This document shows positions 55,666 to 63,574 of a stretch of DNA of 64,000 nt, piece by piece (position 1 is the stretch's first letter; every line of letters starts with the position of its first letter). The position numbers and the translations under genes are program-made. This DNA is from a virus. The notes beneath the pieces were generated by a model. The model was not told the origin of the DNA, made no database searches, and was given only the letters and a program-made list of their open reading frames with translations. The stretch is from positions 15,080-79,079 of IMG/VR virus record IMGVR_UViG_3300025154_000069. One strand, 5' to 3'.

Positions 55666-56006
55666 TGGCTAAATACTTGGTTAGATACAAAACAAAAAAC
55701 AATACTTTGGCAGATGCAAGGTATGTAGGAACCTTTAAAAGGGGGGATAAGGAATACTATAAGGTAGCCCATATGAATATCACCTATTATGGCTCCAAAC
55801 AGTGCAACAACATACACCCCGAACTTGAAATCCCAAAAAATGTGGTGGTCGGCCTCATTAGGATTCCGAGCAAATTCGAGAAAAAAGTAAAGAAATTTTT
55901 TAACTCTATCATACACAATTGGGGGCGTAGAGTTGTTTGGCAATATTGCCAGATAATCTTTGTGTGGAAGATGGTACTACTCGCAAAAACGCTCCCTTCA
56001 TTTTAA
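55662..56006 (+). CDS. Hypothetical protein
   Basis: ORF; 3' end overlaps a structured element. Confidence 0.45.
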   Translation: MMAKYLVRYKTKNNTLADARYVGTFKRGDKEYYKVAHMNITYYGSKQCNNIHPELEIPKNVVVGLIRIPSKFEKKVKKFFNSIIHNWGRRVVWQYCQIIFVWKMVLLAKTLPSF

Positions 56007-56017
56007 ACTTATAGGTT

Positions 56018-56257
56018 ATGGATTATAATGTAGAACGTGCTCTCAGAGGGAAGGTAGATGAGCACACATTCAACGCCTTAAAACAAGAGGTTGACAGGCT
56101 AAAGCAAGAGAACAGAGACCTGCGGGGGGATATAGAACGAATTGAGAGTAAGTTAAGAAACAACTATACAACAAGTGAAGCCTTGATTAATGCACTGATA
56201 GAAAGTGATAAATTTGAGGACACTAATAGGTTATTTGAGATTAGAATGCAACTTTAA
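56018..56257 (+). CDS. Small coiled-coil protein
   Basis: Heptad pattern. Confidence 0.55.
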   Translation: MDYNVERALRGKVDEHTFNALKQEVDRLKQENRDLRGDIERIESKLRNNYTTSEALINALIESDKFEDTNRLFEIRMQL

Positions 56258-56261
56258 AAAT

Positions 56262-57176
56262 ATGAAAAAAGAATATCGAAGTGTAAGGCTTAGTAAGGAC
56301 AATCTTGAAAAGCTTGAGGTTATTAACAGAATAGTAGAGGATTATCAACGGCAAGGGTACAAGCTAACCCTTCGGCAGCTATACTACCAACTTGTAAGCA
56401 AGTCTGTAATTCCGAATAATGTTACCGAGTATGCAAAAATATCCAAGCTGCTAAAAGAGGGCAGAATGGGGGGTGTTGTTGATTGGGATGCTATAGAGGA
56501 CAGACTAAGGGTTCCTTATACACCTGCATCCTTCAAAAGTGAGAAGGATATACTTGATGCAGCTATAGAGCAGTTTCAGTTACCGAGACAAGAAGGGCAG
56601 GACAACTATATGGAGGTTTGGGTTGAGAAAGATGCTCTTAGCGGGGTGTTGAAGAAAGTCACAAAAGGATTTCACATACCATTGCTTGTAAACAGAGGTT
56701 ACTCATCTGCTTCTGCCATGCACGATGCATATAATAGGTTTTATGATGCCGTAGAGGATGGCCAGAAGGTGATAGTTTTGTACCTTGGAGACTTTGACCC
56801 AAGTGGTAAGGATATGATAAGGGATATTACAGAAAGAATTAAGGAATTTTATGTAGGTGATTGGAGAGTCGAGCAAAATAATCTACCAGAATTTAGTGAC
56901 GTATTCTCATTAAACCCTATAGCTCTTACAATAGATCAAATAAAACAGTATTCTCCCCCACCGAATCCCGCAAAAATAAAAGACCCCCGGGCAAAGGAAT
57001 TTATGCAGAAATATGGTGCTTCAAGTTGGGAGGTCGATGCACTTAGGCCAGACGTACTACACAAACTGTTGTACAATGCAATAACAGACAGTTTGGATAT
57101 GGATAGGTATGAGGAGATACTCGAAAAAGAGAAAGCCGGGGTGAAGAAGCTAAAATCACTTAAAGACTACTTGTAA
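56262..57176 (+). CDS. Top6A/Spo11-like WHD-TOPRIM protein
   Basis: TLRQLYYQLV, WVEKDA, RGYSS, GDFDPSG, WEVDAL. Confidence 0.75.
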   Translation: MKKEYRSVRLSKDNLEKLEVINRIVEDYQRQGYKLTLRQLYYQLVSKSVIPNNVTEYAKISKLLKEGRMGGVVDWDAIEDRLRVPYTPASFKSEKDILDAAIEQFQLPRQEGQDNYMEVWVEKDALSGVLKKVTKGFHIPLLVNRGYSSASAMHDAYNRFYDAVEDGQKVIVLYLGDFDPSGKDMIRDITERIKEFYVGDWRVEQNNLPEFSDVFSLNPIALTIDQIKQYSPPPNPAKIKDPRAKEFMQKYGASSWEVDALRPDVLHKLLYNAITDSLDMDRYEEILEKEKAGVKKLKSLKDYL

Positions 57177-57197
57177 CACTTAATAAATACTTTGGAT

Positions 57198-57419
57198 ATG
57201 AATGAACTAACAGTAAGGGTTGATGTACCCACATTGAAAAAAAGAATCTTAGCGGATTTTGGCGAACAGGTTAGAGATGGGGAAGAGTTTGATAAGGACT
57301 TTGACAGGTTCTTGGATGATCTGCTTCTTAAAACGAACTCGGTTTTGTCCGAATCGTTCTTTATTAATTATGGAATTAAAGAGATATTTGTAACCGATCA
57401 AGATGGAAAAGCGGAATAG
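57198..57419 (+). CDS. Hypothetical protein
   Basis: ORF. Confidence 0.5.
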   Translation: MNELTVRVDVPTLKKRILADFGEQVRDGEEFDKDFDRFLDDLLLKTNSVLSESFFINYGIKEIFVTDQDGKAE

Positions 57420-57666
57420 GGTTGTTGGTGAGTTTAGCCAAATAACTACTTTAGAACTTCCTGTTTGGGTAAGGGTTATGAAAGCAGAGAACAAGAAGAT
57501 AACAGCAGAGGAGCTACTAAGCGAGCTTACTCTTATTGATGATCTCTTGGTGTTGCAGAAGTCTCAGTCACTTCTTAGCAGAAAGAGAGGTCTTACTTCT
57601 ATGTTGGAGGCAAGAATCGGGAAAGAGCTTGGCCATAAGGTTCCAAATATGAACAGGAAAAAATAA
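57403..57666 (+). CDS. Hypothetical protein
   Basis: ORF. Confidence 0.5.
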   Translation: MEKRNRVVGEFSQITTLELPVWVRVMKAENKKITAEELLSELTLIDDLLVLQKSQSLLSRKRGLTSMLEARIGKELGHKVPNMNRKK

Positions 57667-57667
57667 A

Positions 57668-57699
57668 TTTGCTTTTCTATTCTGAATGGGTTATATTTG
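57668..57699 (+). promoter_or_regulatory. Complete Bacteroidota promoter (TTTG-20 nt-TATATTTG)
   Basis: -33 TTTG at 57668 and -7 box at 57692. Confidence 0.7.
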
Positions 57700-57703
57700 T
57701 CAT

Positions 57704-57774
57704 GATTTCCATAATCAATAAATTTAAGAGTTAAACAAATGTTAAAAGCCCGACCATCCGACCCGGGCTTTTTT
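57704..57774 (+). ncRNA. Putative ~70-nt small RNA
   Basis: Bounded by a consensus promoter and an intrinsic terminator; no credible ORF. Confidence 0.6.
57744..57774 (+). terminator. Intrinsic terminator
   Basis: AAAAGCCCG...CGGGCTTTTTT. Confidence 0.8.
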
Positions 57775-57860
57775 CATACCTACCAAACAAAAATAGTACC
57801 TATAAAGTGCTATAAATAACCCTTTTATACTTATCTTTACTCTATAGAAAAAACAAAACA

Positions 57861-58415
57861 ATGGCAAAAGAGGACATAAACAGGTTACGAATGAAAATCA
57901 TCGTAGATGTGGTTTGCAAGTATTACTCGTTCCCTAAAGAAACCCTAATTGAGATGGTTAAGAGCAGAAAGATGGAGATTGTAAAGGTTAGGCACATGAT
58001 AAGCTACTTCGGTAAAGAAAAGACAGGATTATCCCTAAATGAAATCGGGGAATTTATCGGTGGTAAAGATCATGCATCGGTTTTATATGCACATGGTAAG
58101 GTTGAATCTGATATGTCTATTTATAAAGACACGACCAGCACCATTGATGATCTTATGAGTAAAGTTTACGCAGCTCTAAAAAAGGGGGAGTTGGTAGTAT
58201 CAGAACCAGATAAGATCACTAACAGACCGGATATTAAAAAGTTCATGCCTAAGAGCACAACGGTTGAGGACATTCAAAAAATGTTCGAGGCATATCCAGA
58301 ATGGTATGATTACATGGTAGCCCTTGAAATGTATCTTGATAACTACATTGATGGGTATGAAATTATGAAAGAAAGAGAAAAACTTTATAAAAAATCTAAA
58401 AGAGGAAGTTTATAA
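57861..58415 (+). CDS. DnaA domain IV (DNA-binding HTH) protein
   Basis: KSRKMEIVKVRHMISY...LSLNEIG..IGGKDHASVLYA; no AAA+ domain. Confidence 0.85.
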   Translation: MAKEDINRLRMKIIVDVVCKYYSFPKETLIEMVKSRKMEIVKVRHMISYFGKEKTGLSLNEIGEFIGGKDHASVLYAHGKVESDMSIYKDTTSTIDDLMSKVYAALKKGELVVSEPDKITNRPDIKKFMPKSTTVEDIQKMFEAYPEWYDYMVALEMYLDNYIDGYEIMKEREKLYKKSKRGSL

Positions 58416-58430
58416 ATCGAACAGGATATT

Positions 58431-58766
58431 ATGGAAGAGATAATTGGACAAATTTATGAATGGGTATGTGACCCGGCGAAGTACCTGACTAATCAAAAGG
58501 CTTGTGAAACTAAAATAATGGATATGATAATAAAACGTAATATGTCTGAGGAGATGATCAATATGTCTCAGTTACTACGTGAGACTGTTATGAGGTGTAG
58601 GATTGTATTTCCAGAGAATGAACAGGATGAGGTATGGTGGAAGAGTGGTACGAACCACAATACGTCTTGGGGTAGAGATTATATGAACCGATTGGATAAG
58701 GCATTGAAGGTATCCAATAAGAGTGCGAGGGATAAGTATTTTGATTTTATTAATGATAACCATTAA
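58431..58766 (+). CDS. Hypothetical protein
   Basis: ORF. Confidence 0.55.
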   Translation: MEEIIGQIYEWVCDPAKYLTNQKACETKIMDMIIKRNMSEEMINMSQLLRETVMRCRIVFPENEQDEVWWKSGTNHNTSWGRDYMNRLDKALKVSNKSARDKYFDFINDNH

Positions 58767-58776
58767 AAATAAGTTT

Positions 58777-59355
58777 ATGAACAGAGTAGAAAAATTGAAT
58801 ACAATGCCCTTAGTGGGTGAAGCTCGAAAGTTAGCTATTGCACTGCATGGGTCGATCGGGCAAATGTACGGAGCATACCCATACCATAAGCACTTAGAAA
58901 TGGTTGAGGAGGTGGGGTTAAAATATGCACATTTAATACCGGCTGAACTTAGCACAAATCCTTCTGTGGTAGAGGGTGTATTTTGTGCTATTTGGCTACA
59001 CGATGTACTTGAAGATTGCCCCACAAAAATAAACTACACACAGATAAAGAATCAATTTGGGGTAAATGTAGCCGAAGTAGTGTTTGCTTTGACAACGCCA
59101 AAAGGAAGGAACAGGAATGAAAAACATTCTTCGGAGTATTATAAGGATATGCGTTATACTGAGCATGCTACTTTTGTTAAGCTATGTGATAGGATAGCAA
59201 ATGTCAAGTTCTCTATAGAAACGAATAGCAGTAAATTAGAAATGTATAAGAATGATTATCCATTCTATAAGTGGCTGTATCAAGAGAGGTATTCTGATAT
59301 GTTTGACGAATTGTGTGGGTTACTCGGAGAAAATCCAAAGGGTTTATGGAAATAG
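58777..59355 (+). CDS. HD-domain hydrolase, RelA/SpoT (Mesh1/SAH)-like
   Basis: H...Q.Y..PY..H, LHDVLED, ALT, VKLCDRIAN. Confidence 0.85.
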   Translation: MNRVEKLNTMPLVGEARKLAIALHGSIGQMYGAYPYHKHLEMVEEVGLKYAHLIPAELSTNPSVVEGVFCAIWLHDVLEDCPTKINYTQIKNQFGVNVAEVVFALTTPKGRNRNEKHSSEYYKDMRYTEHATFVKLCDRIANVKFSIETNSSKLEMYKNDYPFYKWLYQERYSDMFDELCGLLGENPKGLWK

Positions 59356-59699
59356 GTAGTAGCATAAACGTGACAGAGGCTAAGATTGTCTTATCTGAGT
59401 TTAGGGATAAAATAGATGCCTCTTCCTGTACGATTCCTGATTGTGTTAGCACTATAGATTGGGGAGCAATGCCGAGAGGTCAGGGAAAAAGAAGTGGTGG
59501 AATGGTAAAAGGCTCAATGTCGGGTGCTCCAAGAGGAATTAAAAAATACTTCGGGATAGATATGTCAAAATATATGGAAGATTGGGAGCTTACAGTGTGG
59601 AGAACAATGAATATAAATGAGAAAGCCAGATACTATAAAGCAAGAGAATTTGGGTGCAATAAGATAGAGGCTCGATTATATGCAATTACTTACGGTTAA
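59346..59699 (+). CDS. Hypothetical protein
   Basis: ORF. Confidence 0.5.
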   Translation: MEIGSSINVTEAKIVLSEFRDKIDASSCTIPDCVSTIDWGAMPRGQGKRSGGMVKGSMSGAPRGIKKYFGIDMSKYMEDWELTVWRTMNINEKARYYKAREFGCNKIEARLYAITYG

Positions 59700-59710
59700 A
59701 TATATAAGTT

Positions 59711-60031
59711 ATGATAAACTTGGATATACATTCTACAATAGAGGAATCTTTAAGTAAGCTTGCTTCTGGACTAACACAAAAGTTGGAAGAGCATATGGTA
59801 GAAGGGCTAAAAAGAAAGGGTTTTGAGTTTGATAATAAGGCTGACCTTGAAAGATTTGTAAAGCTATATTGCAGATGTGAGGATAAACCTTATTTAAAGC
59901 AAAAAACGTATTTTGTATATGATATTCCATTTTTTCTATATATCTATGGTATAGAAATGGAAATGACACGATTAAAAGAAAATGGGGGGATTAAGTTGTC
60001 CGCAACTTGTGGTTCCTTTGCTTACCTGTAA
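59711..60031 (+). CDS. Hypothetical protein
   Basis: ORF. Confidence 0.55.
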   Translation: MINLDIHSTIEESLSKLASGLTQKLEEHMVEGLKRKGFEFDNKADLERFVKLYCRCEDKPYLKQKTYFVYDIPFFLYIYGIEMEMTRLKENGGIKLSATCGSFAYL

Positions 60032-60060
60032 CTTTAGAATAACCTAATTTATGATAAACA

Positions 60061-60345
60061 ATGATAGACATACAATTTTTAATGAGTAAGGCAAAAAAGG
60101 CAGAAGCCAACGGATTGTGGAAAGAAGCTGCTGAAATTTGGAATACATTGGGTAGATATGAGGACAGGGAAGCCTGTTTACTTATAGTTAAGGGAATTGA
60201 GAAAGGAACAGAGTACAGGGATAGAACAAGAGAACTTATTTCTTGGGTGGATGATTCTGTGGATAGGGGAGTATTATCCCTCGAAGAAGCGGTTAAAACC
60301 ATATCACCAAAATTACGTGAAATATACAATGAGATATACAAATAA
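60061..60345 (+). CDS. Small helical (TPR-like) protein
   Basis: AKKAE..G.WKEAAEIW..LG...D. Confidence 0.5.
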   Translation: MIDIQFLMSKAKKAEANGLWKEAAEIWNTLGRYEDREACLLIVKGIEKGTEYRDRTRELISWVDDSVDRGVLSLEEAVKTISPKLREIYNEIYK

Positions 60346-60356
60346 GTTTATAAATT

Positions 60357-61586
60357 ATGAAACTAAAAACGGAACAAACAAAGAGTGAAGAAGAGGTACA
60401 AGATAAGACCGGGGAAGAAATAACAATGAGTGAGGTCACTATTGATAGTGATACATTATTAGTGGCTATTAAGTCGATCATGAAGATTATTTCAAAAAGA
60501 TCAACTATACCCTCACTTGATTGTGTTAAATTCATGTATGACGGAGATTATCTGAAAGTGTCGGGGAGTGATTTAGAGAGCGAATTAACCTTTAAGCTCC
60601 CATTAGAGTATGATTCAGCGCACTATTCAAAAAAAGGAGAATTTTTGATTGAGGGAAAAGAGTTGCTTGCTCATCTCAACACCCACAAGAAAATGGCTTT
60701 GAGATTTGTGCATGACAAGGAAACAGAGAATATCGAGATACTTTCAAGGGTAGATACTCAGAAGCTTAGTGCAATCCCTTTTGATGAGTACCCTAACAGC
60801 AGGGAATTTTCCGAAAATGCAAAAGAGGGGTACATTGCAGCAAGCACAATAAAAGAGGGGATTGATAAGGTTTCTTACTGTGTGGCAAAAGACGAGCTGA
60901 GGCCGGTGTTGAACGGCATCAATTTTGAAATAACTAAGACCGGGATAAGCATAGTAGGAACAGATGCTCATAGTCTATCTTTCTACTCTTGCGCCCAAGA
61001 ATCTTATGTGGCAACTTCTTTTATCCTGCCAAAGAAACCGATGTTGGTTTTATCTGAGCTTTTGAAACTTCATTCCAAACCTACGGTTAGGTCATTGGTG
61101 TTGGTTAAGAACGATGATAAAAACGTGAGCTTTGAGGTGGCTAATAATTTTACCCTTGACATTCGAGCTACCGAAGGAAAGTACCCAACTTTTAGAGCTG
61201 TACTCAGAGAGAAGTCGCCAATATCGGTTGAAACCCACAGAAAATCTTTCTTGGAGGCAATAGCAAGGGTGTCGGGGGCAGCAAATAAAGCCTCACAGCT
61301 TATCAGGTTGGCAATAAAAGACGGATTCATTACATTGTCTGCTCAGGACATTGACTTCGGCAGGGCATCAGCAGAGAGTGTTCATGCAATAATTGATGGA
61401 AACGACATAGAGATCGGGTTCAACTATGTAAGGCTTACAAATGCATTAAAGATAAACGACTTTGAAAGAGTTAAGCTTTTGTTCGATGAACCGCACAGGG
61501 CATTGGAGATAAAAGAAAAGTTGGGGGATGATGCAGAGCTTACTTCTTTGGTTATGCCTTTAACATTACCACCAAATAATGCATAA
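60357..61586 (+). CDS. dnaN: DNA polymerase III beta sliding clamp
   Basis: RSTIPSL, SDLE, DEYP, DELRPVLNGI, GTDAH, GKYP, IGFN, LVMP. Confidence 0.92.
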   Translation: MKLKTEQTKSEEEVQDKTGEEITMSEVTIDSDTLLVAIKSIMKIISKRSTIPSLDCVKFMYDGDYLKVSGSDLESELTFKLPLEYDSAHYSKKGEFLIEGKELLAHLNTHKKMALRFVHDKETENIEILSRVDTQKLSAIPFDEYPNSREFSENAKEGYIAASTIKEGIDKVSYCVAKDELRPVLNGINFEITKTGISIVGTDAHSLSFYSCAQESYVATSFILPKKPMLVLSELLKLHSKPTVRSLVLVKNDDKNVSFEVANNFTLDIRATEGKYPTFRAVLREKSPISVETHRKSFLEAIARVSGAANKASQLIRLAIKDGFITLSAQDIDFGRASAESVHAIIDGNDIEIGFNYVRLTNALKINDFERVKLLFDEPHRALEIKEKLGDDAELTSLVMPLTLPPNNA

Positions 61587-62480
61587 AAACCGGCTATTTT
61601 TGTTTTTCATGGTAGGTCTATAAATAGCTACTATTCAACACAAAATAACAAGTTGATTTTCAATAGAGTATAAACATAAAATAAAGCCTAAAAAGGGGTA
61701 ATAGATGTTAATTTATTGCCCTTTTTATTTTGCATAAAATAGGGCATTTTAGAGGGTATGAAAAATTAAAAATTCCGGGGGCTGAGATGAGGCGGAAGTA
61801 TTGAATATATATAGTAATAATAGAGAATAAATACATATAGTGACAGGGATAACAGAACAAAAGGAAAACCGGGGGAGGATATGAGTAATTAAGGAGTAAT
61901 AAAAAGATATAATACACATTATACAGAGAGACATATACTAAATGAGAGAATAAAACAATAATAAACACTTTTGAAACCTTTATACACCCCACTACACCCC
62001 TTATAATGACAGTTAACTATATATAACAGAAGATAATAAAGCAGACTAAAAAAATCTCAAAACCTCTATTATCCTCTATTACCCTCTTATAGGTTCTGTA
62101 AGACATTGCAAATCAGCATTTTACAAACGCCTGTTTTCAAGGGTTCCAGAGCTTATTAAGGCTTAGTAAGGCTTATTTAGTGCAAAATAGGTCATTTTTG
62201 GTGGGTATATGTGTCATTTTCGACCTTGAAAATATGTGCCCGATGTGTTAGAAACTTTTAGTGGTAGTAATCAAGCACTTGACTTTTTGAGGTTTTTATC
62301 TCCACGGGGGGAAAAGTGACACCCGTTTTTTTCATCTAATTGGTTCTCAGACTGTTGTGAGATAATAAAAAATCACTGAAAAATGGTCAAAATTGTTAGA
62401 AACTTTTGCCGTTTTTGGCCTGTTTTTGCCTTATTTTAGATTAGTAATCCTTAGATGAATTTAAAATTACTTTTTTACAG
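61587..62480. other. Long non-coding region (origin or genome-end candidate)
   Basis: About 0.9 kb with no credible ORF; purine-skewed tract, 10-bp tandem repeats, IHF-consensus matches. Confidence 0.5.
61691..61726 (+). terminator. Long hairpin / probable terminator after dnaN
   Basis: 16-bp stem with G-U pairs (AAAAGGGGTAATAGAT-GTTA-ATTTATTGCCCTTTTT). Confidence 0.6.
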
Positions 62481-62481
62481 T

Positions 62482-62512
62482 TTTGCGGGGTCAGAAAAAA
62501 GGCTTATCTTTA
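62482..62512 (+). promoter_or_regulatory. Bacteroidota-type promoter (TTTG-19 nt-TATCTTTA)
   Basis: Upstream of ATG 62540. Confidence 0.55.
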
Positions 62513-62539
62513 CATGAACAAAAACAAAAACAAACCGCC

Positions 62540-62983
62540 ATGAGTGACTCGAATTTTTCCCGTGAACTTTCCTTAAAAGTGACTTGTAAGAGCTTCGATA
62601 AGGTTAAAATAAGTTCTTCCCAAGATACCTTTGAGTATGCAAGAAAGTTTTACTTTGATGATATTTTAATTTATGAGAGTATGTTCATACTCTTATTAGA
62701 CCGTAGTAACAATACCATTGGTTACGCCAAAATTTCTCAGGGCGGGGTGGCAGGTACGGTTATGGATATTAAGATTGTGGCGTTATACGCTGTAAAGGCA
62801 TTGGCAAGTGCGGTTATTCTTGTACACAATCACCCATCAGGCAAGGTTACTCCCTCTGAGGATGATAAATACATCACAAAAAAACTGAGGGATGGGTTGA
62901 AGTTGTTGGATATTGACTTGCTTGACTCTATGGTTATTACCGATACTGCTTATTACTCACTTGCTGATGAGGGGGTGCTTTAA
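62540..62983 (+). CDS. JAB domain (RadC-like) protein
   Basis: E...LLL, GG..GT..D, HNHPSG..PS.DD, LLD. Confidence 0.9.
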   Translation: MSDSNFSRELSLKVTCKSFDKVKISSSQDTFEYARKFYFDDILIYESMFILLLDRSNNTIGYAKISQGGVAGTVMDIKIVALYAVKALASAVILVHNHPSGKVTPSEDDKYITKKLRDGLKLLDIDLLDSMVITDTAYYSLADEGVL

Positions 62984-63100
62984 CACAAATTTTCCAAAAT
63001 CTCCCCGTTTTGCACTAAAAACACAAAAAAAGCTCAAAAGTAGCCTAAAAGTCACTAAAAAGGCTTAAATTTACTTAAAATTACACAAAACGCAAAAACA

Positions 63101-63484
63101 ATGGAAAATACTCAGGTTCTCGTATTACTGCCAAAAGAGACAGTTCCGGTAAAATTGGATGCAAACAGCCTATTTATTAGGTTTTTGAAGAGCAACAATG
63201 CTTTCACCCCGGGCATAATATCAAGGGAGTACCACCAATTAGCTGACGGTAACGTGATTTGTTGTGAAATAAGCCTTGGTGAGGGTATAAACAGAGAAAA
63301 GATGTATGGGTTGACAAATTTGCTGCTCAGGAAAGAGGGGGGTGAAGAGTATTACACCATACACCGTAATCATGAGCTTGATTTTGCTGATTTTGAGGGG
63401 GTGGGTGAAATGAGAGAGTGGATTGAGAGGTATAAGAGAAGCACATTTGAAGGGTTACTCAACCAAGTAGAATTTGGGTTTTAG
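63101..63484 (+). CDS. Hypothetical protein
   Basis: ORF with A-rich leader. Confidence 0.6.
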   Translation: MENTQVLVLLPKETVPVKLDANSLFIRFLKSNNAFTPGIISREYHQLADGNVICCEISLGEGINREKMYGLTNLLLRKEGGEEYYTIHRNHELDFADFEGVGEMREWIERYKRSTFEGLLNQVEFGF

Positions 63485-63548
63485 ACTGTTTTTCCCGAAA
63501 AAACGGCATTTAAGAAGGTTTCCATATCTATTATATATAAATTCAGAC

Positions 63549-63574
63549 AAGGGATGCGAGGTGCATCCCTTTTT
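63549..63574 (+). terminator. Intrinsic terminator
   Basis: AAGGGATGC-GAGGT-GCATCCCTT plus TTT. Confidence 0.75.

Noticed and set aside
57702-57734. 10-codon ORF MISIINKFKS
   Set aside because: Its ATG lies at or upstream of the predicted transcription start with no leader; the sRNA interpretation is preferred.
59463-59530. GGAGCA...TGCTCC long-range stem (tRNA-like?)
   Set aside because: Lies inside an ORF, interior is an unpaired purine-rich stretch, no cloverleaf; plausible by chance.
375-61992. Minus-strand and nested alternative-frame ORFs in the track (e.g. 10216-11061, 30849-31385, 52864-53412)
   Set aside because: They shadow well-supported + strand genes and show no recognisable motifs.
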